Below are positions 33,390-43,094 of a stretch of DNA of 64,000 bases, in pieces (the first letter of the stretch is position 1; every line of letters starts with the position of its first letter). The stretch covers positions 4,119-68,118 of the forward strand of contig CAKVOU010000006.1 of NCBI GenBank assembly GCA_934796165.1, in the 5' to 3' direction. This DNA is from an uncultured Eubacteriales bacterium. GTDB taxonomy: Bacteria > Bacillota > Clostridia > Oscillospirales > CAG-272. A program made the position numbers and the translations under genes. A model generated the notes under the pieces. It searched no databases and had not been told where the DNA came from. It was given only the letters and a program-made list of their open reading frames with translations.

Positions 33390-34562
33390 TCAGATCCGCG
33401 CGACGCCCGTTTCGTGTGCCGCCTTCACGACCGCAGCAGATACCACCTCGGCAACGCGTCGGTCGAGCGCCGCGGGAATGATATTTTCTTCGTTCAGTTT
33501 CCCGTCGGGAATCAGGGTCGCAAGCGCGAACGAGGTCGCAACCTTCATCTCTTCATTGATACGCGACGCGCGGCAGTCCAAAGCGCCGCGGAAAATCCCG
33601 GGGAACGCCAGCACGTTGTTGATCTGGTTGGGAAAATCCGAACGTCCCGTGCCGACAATGCGCGCGCCCGCTTCCTTTGCAAGATCGGGCATGATCTCGG
33701 GCGTGGGGTTCGCCATGGGGAACACAATTGCGTCCTTTGCCATGGAGCGCACCATCTCCTCCGTCACAATACCGGGGGCGGACACGCCGACAAAAACATC
33801 CGCGCCGCGAAGCGCGTCGGCGAGAGTTCCCGTCAGATGGGACGGATTGGTGAGGGCGGCGATCTCCTCCTGCGCCACATTGTTGCGCTCGTCGCCTGTG
33901 GTCACAATGCCGAAGCGGTCACACATGGTAATGTCAAAAAAGCCCATGTGCAGAAGGTGCCGCGCGATGGAGATGCCTGCCGCGCCTGCGCCGCTGATGA
34001 CCACGCGGACGGAATCCATTTTCTTTCCGACCACCTTGAGGGCATTGATGAGCGCGGCGGCGACCACAATCGCCGTGCCGTGCTGGTCGTCGTGGAACAC
34101 GGGAATGTCGCAGACCTCGGTCAGCTTTCTTTCGATTTCAAAGCAGCGCGGTGCGGAAATGTCTTCGAGGTTAATACCGCCGAAGGAACCGGCAATGAGC
34201 GACACGGTGCGGACAATCTCATCCGGATCCTTGGATCGGATGCAGATGGGGAACGCATCCACGTCGGCAAAGCGCTTGAACAGCGCGCACTTGCCCTCCA
34301 TGACGGGCATCCCCGCCTCGGGACCGATGTCTCCAAGCCCCAGAACTGCGGTTCCGTCGGTCACGACGGCAACCAGGTTGGAGCGTCTTGTCAGTTCATA
34401 GGACTTTTCGGGGTGCTTCTGAATTTCCAGGCAGGGCTCGGCAACGCCGGGCGTATACGCGAGCGACAGGTCCTCGCGGGTGTTGATGGGGCAACGGGTC
34501 ACGACCTCGATCTTGCCCTTCCATTCATAATGCTTCTTTAAGGATTCTTCTCGGATATTCAT
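33390..34562 (-). CDS. NAD(P)-dependent malic enzyme (short form)
   Basis: Motifs LSLAYTPGVA, VVTDGTAVLGLGDIG, GINLEDI and ISGAGAAG. Start at MNIREESLKKH with a GAGGAA RBS. Confidence 0.9.
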   Translation of the reverse strand: MNIREESLKKHYEWKGKIEVVTRCPINTREDLSLAYTPGVAEPCLEIQKHPEKSYELTRRSNLVAVVTDGTAVLGLGDIGPEAGMPVMEGKCALFKRFADVDAFPICIRSKDPDEIVRTVSLIAGSFGGINLEDISAPRCFEIERKLTEVCDIPVFHDDQHGTAIVVAAALINALKVVGKKMDSVRVVISGAGAAGISIARHLLHMGFFDITMCDRFGIVTTGDERNNVAQEEIAALTNPSHLTGTLADALRGADVFVGVSAPGIVTEEMVRSMAKDAIVFPMANPTPEIMPDLAKEAGARIVGTGRSDFPNQINNVLAFPGIFRGALDCRASRINEEMKVATSFALATLIPDGKLNEENIIPAALDRRVAEVVSAAVVKAAHETGVARI

Positions 34563-34649
34563 GATTTCATTCCTCGGTTGATGGATTTCGGGAAACGCGG
34601 GCGGATTCAAATAAACTGTCTGACGAATCGGATTTCTGAGGCACGGCGG

Positions 34650-36020
34650 TCAGACCATTTCCTCTGGGCGGAATACCTCGTCAAACCGCTCGGAGGAAAG
34701 GAAACCGAGCTTCACGCAGGCTTCCTTCAGGGTGATTCCCTCCTTGTGCGCGGTCTTTGCGACCTTAGCGGCGTTCTCATAGCCGATGTACGGGTTCAGC
34801 GCGGTGACGAGCATCAGGGAACGGTGGAGGTTTTCCGCCATTTTTTCGCGGTTGGCAACGATTCCGGACACGCAGTGTTCCCTGAAGGAGCGCAGCCCGT
34901 CGGACAAAAGCCGCACCGACTGCAGATAATTGTATGCGATCACAGGCAGGAAGACATTAAGCTCGAAATTGCCCTGCGACGCGGCAAGTCCCACCGCCGT
35001 ATCGTTTGCCATGACCTGCACCGACAGCATGGTAACCGCCTCGCACTGGGTCGGGTTGACCTTGCCCGGCATGATGGACGAACCGGGTTCGTTTTCGGGA
35101 ATACGGATCTCCCCAAGTCCGCAACGAGGACCGCTCGCAAGCCACCGCACGTCATTTGCAATCTTGAACAGATCCGCGGCAAGCGCCTTCATGGCGCCGT
35201 GCGAAAAGACCAGCTCGCCGCGCGAAGTCAGCGCGTGGAATTTGTTTTCCGCCGTGGAGAACGGCTTGCCCGTCAGGTCGGAAATCTTCTTCGCCACAAG
35301 CACGTCAAAACCCGCCGGCGCATTAAGCCCCGTGCCGACCGCCGTTCCGCCGAGCGCCAGCTCGCACAGATCGACCGTCGCGTCAAGAATCAGGGTCTTG
35401 TCGCGTTCAAGACTTGCCCGCCAACCGGAGATTTCCTGCGAAAATGCAATCGGAACGGCGTCCTGCAGGTGCGTCCGCCCGCTCTTGACAATCCCGCGGT
35501 TCTCTTCCTCCAGCCGCTTCATTTCGGCAATCATGCGGTCAAGCTCGGGGAGCAGGTCGCCCGTCACGCCGAGCACCGCCGCGATGTGCATGGCAGTGGG
35601 GAAGGTATCGTTGGAGGACTGGGACATATTCACGTCGTCGTTCGGGTGAAGCAGTCTGCCGCCTGCCAGCTCGTTTCCGTAATTTGCGATGACCTCGTTG
35701 ACGTTCATGTTGGACTGGGTGCCGCTTCCCGTCTGGAAAACGACAAGCGGGAACTGGTCGTCAAGGTCGCCGCGCAGGATCGCGTCGCACGCGGAGGAGA
35801 TCGCGTCCAGCTTTTCCTCGGTCATTTTCTCCGGACGAAGCTCGCGGTTGGCAAGCGCCGCCGCTTTTTTGAGGATTGCAAACGCGCGGATGATCTCACG
35901 CGGCATAAGCACGTCACCGATGCGGAAATTCTCAAAGCTGCGCTCGGTCTGCGCGCCCCAGTATTTATCTGCGGGGACCTTCACTTCCCCCATGGAATCG
36001 TGTTCGATGCGGTATTCCAT
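34650..36020 (-). CDS. fumC: Class II fumarate hydratase
   Basis: [25 protein letters not shown] and the signature [16 protein letters not shown]. Confidence 0.95.
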   Translation of the reverse strand: MEYRIEHDSMGEVKVPADKYWGAQTERSFENFRIGDVLMPREIIRAFAILKKAAALANRELRPEKMTEEKLDAISSACDAILRGDLDDQFPLVVFQTGSGTQSNMNVNEVIANYGNELAGGRLLHPNDDVNMSQSSNDTFPTAMHIAAVLGVTGDLLPELDRMIAEMKRLEEENRGIVKSGRTHLQDAVPIAFSQEISGWRASLERDKTLILDATVDLCELALGGTAVGTGLNAPAGFDVLVAKKISDLTGKPFSTAENKFHALTSRGELVFSHGAMKALAADLFKIANDVRWLASGPRCGLGEIRIPENEPGSSIMPGKVNPTQCEAVTMLSVQVMANDTAVGLAASQGNFELNVFLPVIAYNYLQSVRLLSDGLRSFREHCVSGIVANREKMAENLHRSLMLVTALNPYIGYENAAKVAKTAHKEGITLKEACVKLGFLSSERFDEVFRPEEMV

Positions 36021-36100
36021 ACTTTTTTCTGTCTCCTTTTCGGGTCTGTCCCAAGACCGGACGGCGGGCGGCGGTCAGCCGCTCACAGCCCGGCGTTATT

Positions 36101-36985
36101 TCAATCAAGCTTCAGGCAGTTCGTCCACGCGCGCCTGCCCATGCGGTCGGTCACCTCGGCGCGGACGTAAAATTCTCCCTCATCGTATGCGGGCTTGTAC
36201 ACAAAGCGCGTACCGCCGTCCGCCGTTTGCTTTCTCCCCTGCCACCAAACGATATTGGAGCAGAACACCACTTCGTCGGCGGGCGTGGTGTCGAGAATGA
36301 TCTCGTCGCCCTCACGCGCGAGTGTTGCAATGGGTCCCTCGGTGGCAAGCGTTCTTCCGGCGCGGATCGCCTCGCAGATCGCACGGGAATTCAGCTCGTC
36401 CGCCTGCACATACGTCGCGCCGACCAGACAGTCTCCCGTGTAGTAATGGGTATCGTCCGACGCAAGCAGCGGGAGAAAGATTCCCTCGCAGGCGTACAGA
36501 TCAATCAGGAGCGAGGAATCGGGGCGGTTCGACATCCCGATGGCGGAGACCGAGTTCCAGACCTCGGTGGCAATCACGCCGGCATCCACCGCCATTTTGA
36601 CCTGCGACGGGCGGTTGAGCGACCATGCGGGATGCGCGAGGATGGGGTAGCCGCCCTTCTCTTTGATGCTTCGGATAATCGTTTGTGCATCGGCACCGCG
36701 CTCACAGTCCGCGGGGGCGCTCATGCCAATCCCAAGGATGTGAAACACACCGGCTCTGCCGTCTCTTGTCCCCGTGTCGTATTCCGCGCCGCCCATGAGA
36801 TAAATTCCCCCGAAATCAGGGACATCCTCCGTCCACGCCCAGTGGTCGGTAATTGCCAGCGCGTCGTATCCCGCGTCGCGGTAAATGCGAGCCGCCTCCT
36901 CGGGGCTGACGTGCCCGTCCGAGCGCGTCGTGTGGGTGTGCAGGTTGACCTTGTACCAATGTTTTCCGTTCCGATCCGTTATCAT
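36101..36985 (-). CDS. PHP-domain metallohydrolase (CehA/McbA-like)
   Basis: NLHTHTTRSDGHVSPEE and ALAITDHW motifs. 294 aa. Confidence 0.75.
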   Translation of the reverse strand: MITDRNGKHWYKVNLHTHTTRSDGHVSPEEAARIYRDAGYDALAITDHWAWTEDVPDFGGIYLMGGAEYDTGTRDGRAGVFHILGIGMSAPADCERGADAQTIIRSIKEKGGYPILAHPAWSLNRPSQVKMAVDAGVIATEVWNSVSAIGMSNRPDSSLLIDLYACEGIFLPLLASDDTHYYTGDCLVGATYVQADELNSRAICEAIRAGRTLATEGPIATLAREGDEIILDTTPADEVVFCSNIVWWQGRKQTADGGTRFVYKPAYDEGEFYVRAEVTDRMGRRAWTNCLKLD

Positions 36986-37179
36986 GCTGATTCCTTCCGG
37001 TTGCCCCCGCTTGACTGTGGGGACATTTCAAACAACTTTTATTGTAACACAGAATCCGCCGTCTTGCAAGAGGGGGCGGGCGGAAAACGGAACGAAAGAA
37101 TCCTCTGACAAAAGAAATAAAAAGCGGAGACACCACCCGGCGATGACGGAACAAAAAATAGCGAAAACCAGAACATCGG

Positions 37180-37210
37180 CAAAAGAAAGCCGCCCCGAAG
37201 GGCGGCTTTG
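37180..37210 (-). terminator. Terminator after the LRR lipoprotein gene
   Basis: Minus strand: AAAGCCGCCC-TTCG-GGGCGGCTTTCTTTTG. Confidence 0.75.
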
Positions 37211-37233
37211 AAATTTGAAGTTGCTTGGGAAAA

Positions 37234-40200
37234 TTACTTTTTGATGTCCCCGTCGGTGCAGTGGATGGTGTAGGAGCCGGTAACGGAATTCCAGTAGAAT
37301 TCTTTTAGAATTGCGTTCCACTGTGCTTTCGTACCTTTGAAGGTGATGCTGGTAAGGCTCTTGCAATCGCGGAACGCAGAACCGCCAATGCTCGTCACGC
37401 TGTCCGGAATCGTGATACTGGTAAGGCTCGTGCAACCGCGGAACGCAGAATTGCCAATGCTCGTCACGCTGTCCGGAAGCGTGATGCTTGTAAGGTTCGT
37501 GCAATCGGAGAACGCACCTTCGCCAATGCTCGTCACACTGTCCGGAATCGTGATGCTTGTAAGGTCCGTGCAACCGGAGAACGCATAATCGCCAATGCTC
37601 GTCACGCTTCCGTCGTTCGGAATCACGCTGTTTTTACGCCCGGCAATCAATGTTTTGCTCGCAGTTTCAATCAAACAATTCCCCGCAGAATGGTATACAG
37701 GGTTCCCATCAGTTACCGTAATTGTTGTAAGGCTCGTGCAACCAGCGAACGCAGATTTGTCAATGCTCGTCACGCCATTCCCAATCGTGATGCTTATAAG
37801 GTTCTCGCAACCCCCGAACGTCCAATAACCAATGCTTGTCACGCCATTTCCGATCGTGATGCTTGTAAGGCTCGAGCAATCGGAAAACGCCTCATTGCCG
37901 ATGCTCGTTACACTGTCCGGGATGATGATGTGTTTGAGGCAGATACAGCCTAAGAACGCAGAGTCCCCTATCTCCGTCACGCCGTTTCCGATTGTCAGGC
38001 TCAAAAGGTAGGTGCAATCGCGGAACGCTTCCGCTCCGATGTCCGTCACGCTGTCGGGGATGATGACGTCATCAAGGCTCTCGCACCCCCGGAACGCGCT
38101 GCTGCCAATGCTTGTCACACTGTCCGGGATCGTAACACGCGCAAGACTCGTGCAACTTCTGAACAAATCAAAATCAATGCGCGTCAGGCTGTCCGGGATT
38201 GTGACACATTCAATGCTCGTACAGCCGGCAAATGCAGCGCCGCCAATGCTTGTCACGCTGTTTCCGAGCGTGAGCTCCGCAAGGCTCGTGCAGCACAGGA
38301 ATGCTTCCGTTCCAATGCTCGTCACGCTGTCCGGGATCGTGATACTCTCAAGACCCGTACAATAGTAGAACGCATACCATCCGATGCTCGTCACGCTGTC
38401 CGGAATGGTAACAGATGTCAGGTTCCAGCAGCGAAAAAACGCACAGTCGGCGATACAGGAGCCGCCGGTAATGACGACCGTCTTCAACTGATCCGGAACA
38501 AAATTGACCTGCCCCGAATACGAATCTGCGCCGAAAATGTAGCCGAAATGCGTGTTCCCGTCCGTTGTCTCACCGAAAATGTCATCGATGCGCGTGTTCG
38601 TTCCGCAGTCCTTTGTCTCCCCGACAAAAGGAATTGTGATGCTCTCAAGGCACGTGCAGCCCGAGAACGCGGAAAAGCCGATACTCGTCACGCTGTCCGG
38701 AATCGTAATACTTGTAAGGCCAGTGCAGCCGGCAAAAGCATACTTTCCGACGCTCGTCACGCTGTCCGGGATTGTGATGCCAGTAAGGTATCCGTAAGAG
38801 CTGAACGCATAATCACCGATGACCGTCACACCGTCCGGAATCACAGGTTCCGTGACAAGTTCTCCGTTCAGGTACAGCCCGGCAGAATTGCACAGAGGAT
38901 TGGATTTCTCGTTCTCAAACCGGATTTCACACCATCCGGCAAGGTCCGTAACAGAAACACTTTTCAGGCTGTCGCAATAGGAAAATGCGTCTTCCCCTAT
39001 ATACGTCACACTGCCCGGAATCGTGATGCTTTCCAGTTTCCCGCAATTGACGAACGCAGCCTCTCCGATGCTCGTCACACCGTCCGGGATTGTGATGCTT
39101 GTAATGTTCTTACAGCTGGCGAACGTATAATCGCCAATGTACCTCACTCCGTCCGGGATCGTAATGCATGTAAGACCCTCGCAACTGCCAAATGCACCAC
39201 CGCCAATGCTCGTTACGCTGTCCGGAATCGTGATATCTGTAAGCTTCGTGCAATCTGTAAACGCATATTCACCGATGCACGTCACGCTGTCCGGGATTTT
39301 GATACTTGTCAGCCCGGTACATCCGGCGAAAGCCGCTTCGCCGATGACCGTCACGCTTCCGTCATCGGGAATCACACTGCTGCCGCATCCCGCGATCAGC
39401 GTTTTGCTTGCGGTTTCGATCAGGCAATTCCCCGCGGAATGATACACCGGATTCCCGGCAGATACCGTAATATCCGTCAGTGCCTTGCAATTGGCGAACG
39501 CCCATTCGCCGATATACGTCACGCTGTCCGGGATCGTAATACCCGTCATTTTACCGGAATAGGCAAATGCATATTCCGCAATCGTTTTCGTTCCCTCCTT
39601 TACGGTGTACGAACCGGACATATCATTCGGAGAAATGATCAGATGTTTTCCGATATAGAGCACACCCTGCTCCCAGTTATCCGGATTATTATAATACCCG
39701 GTACCCGCAAACGCACCGTATCCGATACCGGACACGTTGTCGGGAATGATGATGTCCGTCAGGTTTTTGCAGCCATAGAATGCGTGTCTGCCGATATGCG
39801 TCACGTTGTTTCCGATCATCACGCTTGCAAGGTCCGAACAGTGAACGAACGCTTCGTCGCCGATGATCTTCACGCTGCCCGGGATCGAAACGCTGACAAG
39901 CCCCTTGCAGTCACCGAACGCAGACCACGCAATCAGTCTTGTTCCCGGCTTCACGGTATAGGACTTGCATCCGGTCAGTTCTGCCCTGATCAGGCAGGTT
40001 CCGATATAGAGTACCCCGTCTTCCCAGTTGTCCTCATTGTTATAGAGTGCCGTATTCAGGAATACCGCTCCCCCGATGTCCTGGACGCTGTCGGGAATCG
40101 AGATATTCGCAAGGCTCTTACAATCGGAGAACGCGCGGCTGTCAATACTCGTCACGCTGTCGGGAATTGTGACGCTGGTAAGGGCTTCACATTGGTTGAA

Positions 40201-40809
40201 CGCCCAGCTGCCGATACTCGTCACGCTGTCGGGGATAGTGATGCTTGTGATGGTTTTACAGCGGTCAAATGCCCACGAACCGATCCCCGTCACCGTCCTG
40301 CCCTGATATGTTGACGGAATGACGACATCGCTGTCCTGGCAGGTGCCGATTCCCGTTACCGTGGCAGTCCTTCCGTCGGTTCCGAACGAAAACGTCAATC
40401 CGATCGAGCCGGTCGGGTCGGTAAAGCTGTCCTGATAGGAATCGCCGCAGGCGGAACAGGTATGCGTGGTGTAGCCCTTCCCGGTTTTGGTCGGGGGAGT
40501 CACCGTGTCCTCGTAGGCATGTCCCTTTGCGTCGATTTTTCTCGTTTCCTTTTCTCCGCAGGCGCAGGAACGCTCCTCTTCTCCGTCCTCGGTGCAGGTT
40601 GCTTCTCCGGTCACTTTCCAGTCGCCGAAAGCGTGCTTGTGAGAAGAACCGGTGTTCTCTTCTCCGGGTACGGTATCGGATTCGCTGCCAGCCGTCCCCG
40701 CTCCGGCGGTTTCGGTCTCCTTTGGTTGATCCCCTTTGCACGCCGCAAGCGTCCCGAGGCAAAGAACCAGGGCAAGAAAAATCGCAAACAACAAAACATA
40801 TTTTTTCAT
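37234..40809 (-). CDS. Cell-surface lipoprotein with ~40 BspA-type leucine-rich repeats and an N-terminal Cys/His module
   Basis: Lipobox LGTLAAC. Repeated ~23-25 aa units TSITIPDSVTSIGxxAFxxCxxL along about 1000 aa. N-terminal module HKHAFGDWKVTGEATCTEDGEEERSCACGEKETR. Confidence 0.85.
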   Translation of the reverse strand: MKKYVLLFAIFLALVLCLGTLAACKGDQPKETETAGAGTAGSESDTVPGEENTGSSHKHAFGDWKVTGEATCTEDGEEERSCACGEKETRKIDAKGHAYEDTVTPPTKTGKGYTTHTCSACGDSYQDSFTDPTGSIGLTFSFGTDGRTATVTGIGTCQDSDVVIPSTYQGRTVTGIGSWAFDRCKTITSITIPDSVTSIGSWAFNQCEALTSVTIPDSVTSIDSRAFSDCKSLANISIPDSVQDIGGAVFLNTALYNNEDNWEDGVLYIGTCLIRAELTGCKSYTVKPGTRLIAWSAFGDCKGLVSVSIPGSVKIIGDEAFVHCSDLASVMIGNNVTHIGRHAFYGCKNLTDIIIPDNVSGIGYGAFAGTGYYNNPDNWEQGVLYIGKHLIISPNDMSGSYTVKEGTKTIAEYAFAYSGKMTGITIPDSVTYIGEWAFANCKALTDITVSAGNPVYHSAGNCLIETASKTLIAGCGSSVIPDDGSVTVIGEAAFAGCTGLTSIKIPDSVTCIGEYAFTDCTKLTDITIPDSVTSIGGGAFGSCEGLTCITIPDGVRYIGDYTFASCKNITSITIPDGVTSIGEAAFVNCGKLESITIPGSVTYIGEDAFSYCDSLKSVSVTDLAGWCEIRFENEKSNPLCNSAGLYLNGELVTEPVIPDGVTVIGDYAFSSYGYLTGITIPDSVTSVGKYAFAGCTGLTSITIPDSVTSIGFSAFSGCTCLESITIPFVGETKDCGTNTRIDDIFGETTDGNTHFGYIFGADSYSGQVNFVPDQLKTVVITGGSCIADCAFFRCWNLTSVTIPDSVTSIGWYAFYYCTGLESITIPDSVTSIGTEAFLCCTSLAELTLGNSVTSIGGAAFAGCTSIECVTIPDSLTRIDFDLFRSCTSLARVTIPDSVTSIGSSAFRGCESLDDVIIPDSVTDIGAEAFRDCTYLLSLTIGNGVTEIGDSAFLGCICLKHIIIPDSVTSIGNEAFSDCSSLTSITIGNGVTSIGYWTFGGCENLISITIGNGVTSIDKSAFAGCTSLTTITVTDGNPVYHSAGNCLIETASKTLIAGRKNSVIPNDGSVTSIGDYAFSGCTDLTSITIPDSVTSIGEGAFSDCTNLTSITLPDSVTSIGNSAFRGCTSLTSITIPDSVTSIGGSAFRDCKSLTSITFKGTKAQWNAILKEFYWNSVTGSYTIHCTDGDIKK
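37300..40250 (-). repeat. Coding tandem array of BspA-type LRR units inside the LRR lipoprotein gene
   Basis: Recurrent DNA and protein periodicity: ...ITIPDSVTSIG...AF..C..LTS... about 40 times. The antisense ORFs show the mirrored motif MLVTLSGIV. Confidence 0.85.
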
Positions 40810-40851
40810 TTCGTCTTTCGTCCCTCCGGTTTCCGGATTAGATTTACATTC

Positions 40852-40879
40852 ATTATAACACTTTATTCCATTTTGTCAA
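40852..40879 (-). promoter_or_regulatory. Sigma-A-type promoter of the LRR lipoprotein gene
   Basis: Minus strand: TTGACA (40879-40874), 16 nt spacer, TATAAT (40857-40852), with a TGt extended -10. Confidence 0.6.
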
Positions 40880-41155
40880 TGGGATTCACGGATTCCCGGT
40901 CATGCGACGGACGGAGTATTCCCGGGTCGCGGTACACACAAGAAATCGCGATGTCTTGCCGTCCCGCGGTACACGCAGAGCAAGGGAGAAGCGGGGGCGG
41001 CGGAGGGGCGAAGCGCGGGAGGGGGATCCGCCCGCCCGGAGGATACGGTCTTGGGGCGTGGCGGCGGGCACCCCTCCCGCGCGGACGGGAAAGCAGGAAA
41101 ATACACCGCCAAGGTGACAATGGATAATAGCCGCCCTGCACAAATGCCGGGAACG

Positions 41156-41187
41156 CAGAAAAACGGGCAACCGCTCGGGTTGCCCGT
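41156..41187 (-). terminator. Terminator after the 603-aa lipoprotein gene
   Basis: Minus strand: ACGGGCAACC-CGAG-CGGTTGCCCGTTTTTCTG. Confidence 0.75.
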
Positions 41188-41212
41188 TGTAAATCCGGAT
41201 TCTGTATCGGAA

Positions 41213-43024
41213 TCAGTTTCCTGCGGCATCCGTCGTGCCGAGCGGAACGTTTTCGCCGCCGAGCACGAGGAACAGTCCCTCGCCGCACATCAATTCATAT
41301 GTAAGCGAGCTTGCCGTTCCCATTTCGACCAGTCCGTCCATCGTCCAGAGCTGGTAAGTCGTTTCCTCGGTAAAGGTGAGGGTGTAGGTGCTCATCCCCT
41401 CGTTCCGGAACTGGTTGTTGACCAGGTAGTAACCGTTTCTTCCGGCGTCATCCTTCATGCAGCCGACAAATGCCTTGCCGTCGGTCTCAACCGACGAAAG
41501 TCTTCCGTAGGAGTCGGTCAGGTAATCCTCCGCCTCGGAGAATCTCTTCAACGCCTTGGAATATTCATCGCATCCGACCGTCATGACCTTCTGGAGATCA
41601 AACATATCATAGATACCCTTCATGGCATTGACCTCTTCCATGATGGTCTGCAGATTGTAATAATTGTCGAGAAGGACGTCTCCGCCATTCTGGATGACTC
41701 CGGTAAAGCCATGTCCCTCGTACACAGTAAACAGGAAGAAGGTATCCGCGCCGCAGGCAAGCGACAGGTTGATCTGACAGCGGAGCTGAATATCGGTCGG
41801 AGCCTTGTGCCCGCCGACCGGGACGAGCTGCAGGAAGGTCGCAAGCGGAAGCCCGAACTGATCCGCGACCTTTTTGGCAACCAGCAGATTTGCCACATAA
41901 TCGTAGGGGGTGTTGGCGGCATCCGACTCGTCGCCGACGGAATTCCACGGATAACGGTCAAAGCAGATGAAGTCCGGGTGGACCGTTTCCGCATATTCAA
42001 CGAGGGTATTGTACCAGCCCTTTTCTTCGTATGCTTTGTCCCCGTAGGGAAGCATATTTGCGGCGATCCGCCAATTGTCGGCGCCGTCGATCTCTTCCAG
42101 AATGCGGCGCTTTGCCTCGGCAAGTCCCTCGAACATATTGACGACCGGCTCATCCTTGAGGTAAATACCGCGGACACAGTCGTAGCCGCCCACGAACCAG
42201 TCGAGTTTGTATACCATGTCGCCAGCACTCATGCCGTGCATATTCAGATATACATCGATATCCGCTTCGGTACACGCATCCAGCAGCTGCGGGATCAGCG
42301 TGGTGCCGAGCGTCTGACAACAGGAGACGATTCCGGTAATCCCGGCTTCCTTCATCAAAGTGAACACTTTGACGTAATTCTCAGCATTCTCCGCATCAGA
42401 GCAGTCGTATGCAACGACCTCCTGCACAAAATCCGGCATACTGTCATAGATCGCCTTGCGCGTTTCGTCCTTGCTGAGAGGCTTGAGGAAGCCGCACACC
42501 GTGCAGACGGTGCAGACATTTCCATCACTGTCCTTGGCAAAGGTCGGCTTGTCGCCGAACATATGCCCCGTTTTCGCAACAGGTCTGGTTTCCTTTTCCC
42601 CGCAGGCGCAGGTACGCGTTTCCTCACCGTCTTCGGTGCAGGCGGGCTTGGTCAGCACCCAGTCACCGAAAGTGTGTCCCTTTGCGGCAATGGATCTGGT
42701 TTCCTTTTCTCCGCAGGCACAGGTGCGCGTTTCCTCGCCGTCCTCGGTACAGGTCGCTTCCTTTGTGACCTCCCAATCGCCGAAGGCGTGGGTGTGGGTG
42801 GTTGCGGGTTCAGTTGCGGGTTCAGTTGCGGATTCAGATGCGGATTCATCGGGATTTTCCGTTTCACTTTCCCTCTCGGTGTTCGGCTCCGTCCCGTCTG
42901 CCGCACCGGACGAGTCCTCGGGCAGAACGGGAATTTTTCTGCCGCACGACGCAAAGATCGCCGCTGCGGAAAGCACCATCAGCACCGCAAGAAGCAGAAC
43001 TGTCATTCGTTTCATGTTTTTCAC
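41213..43024 (-). CDS. Lipoprotein: 2-3 Cys/His modules plus a TIM-barrel-like (glycoside-hydrolase-like) domain of unknown function
   Basis: Lipobox IFASC. Modules HAFGDWEVTKEATCTEDGEETRTCACGEKETR and HTFGDWVLTKPACTEDGEETRTCACGEKETR. YLKDEP and FICFDRYPW motifs are shared with the neighbouring paralog. Confidence 0.7.
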   Translation of the reverse strand: MKNMKRMTVLLLAVLMVLSAAAIFASCGRKIPVLPEDSSGAADGTEPNTERESETENPDESASESATEPATEPATTHTHAFGDWEVTKEATCTEDGEETRTCACGEKETRSIAAKGHTFGDWVLTKPACTEDGEETRTCACGEKETRPVAKTGHMFGDKPTFAKDSDGNVCTVCTVCGFLKPLSKDETRKAIYDSMPDFVQEVVAYDCSDAENAENYVKVFTLMKEAGITGIVSCCQTLGTTLIPQLLDACTEADIDVYLNMHGMSAGDMVYKLDWFVGGYDCVRGIYLKDEPVVNMFEGLAEAKRRILEEIDGADNWRIAANMLPYGDKAYEEKGWYNTLVEYAETVHPDFICFDRYPWNSVGDESDAANTPYDYVANLLVAKKVADQFGLPLATFLQLVPVGGHKAPTDIQLRCQINLSLACGADTFFLFTVYEGHGFTGVIQNGGDVLLDNYYNLQTIMEEVNAMKGIYDMFDLQKVMTVGCDEYSKALKRFSEAEDYLTDSYGRLSSVETDGKAFVGCMKDDAGRNGYYLVNNQFRNEGMSTYTLTFTEETTYQLWTMDGLVEMGTASSLTYELMCGEGLFLVLGGENVPLGTTDAAGN

Positions 43025-43094
43025 GGTTTTCTCCTCTTAATGTATGAATTTCGGATCAGGTTTCCGGTATGCGCGTCCCGTGACTTGCCGGCAA

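Noticed and set aside
37300-40250. Highly repetitive DNA that might suggest a mobile element or a CRISPR-like array
   Set aside because: The periodicity is in-frame and encodes about 40 BspA-type LRR units of one long lipoprotein ORF. The many MLVTLSGIV-type ORFs on the plus strand are mirror images of it.
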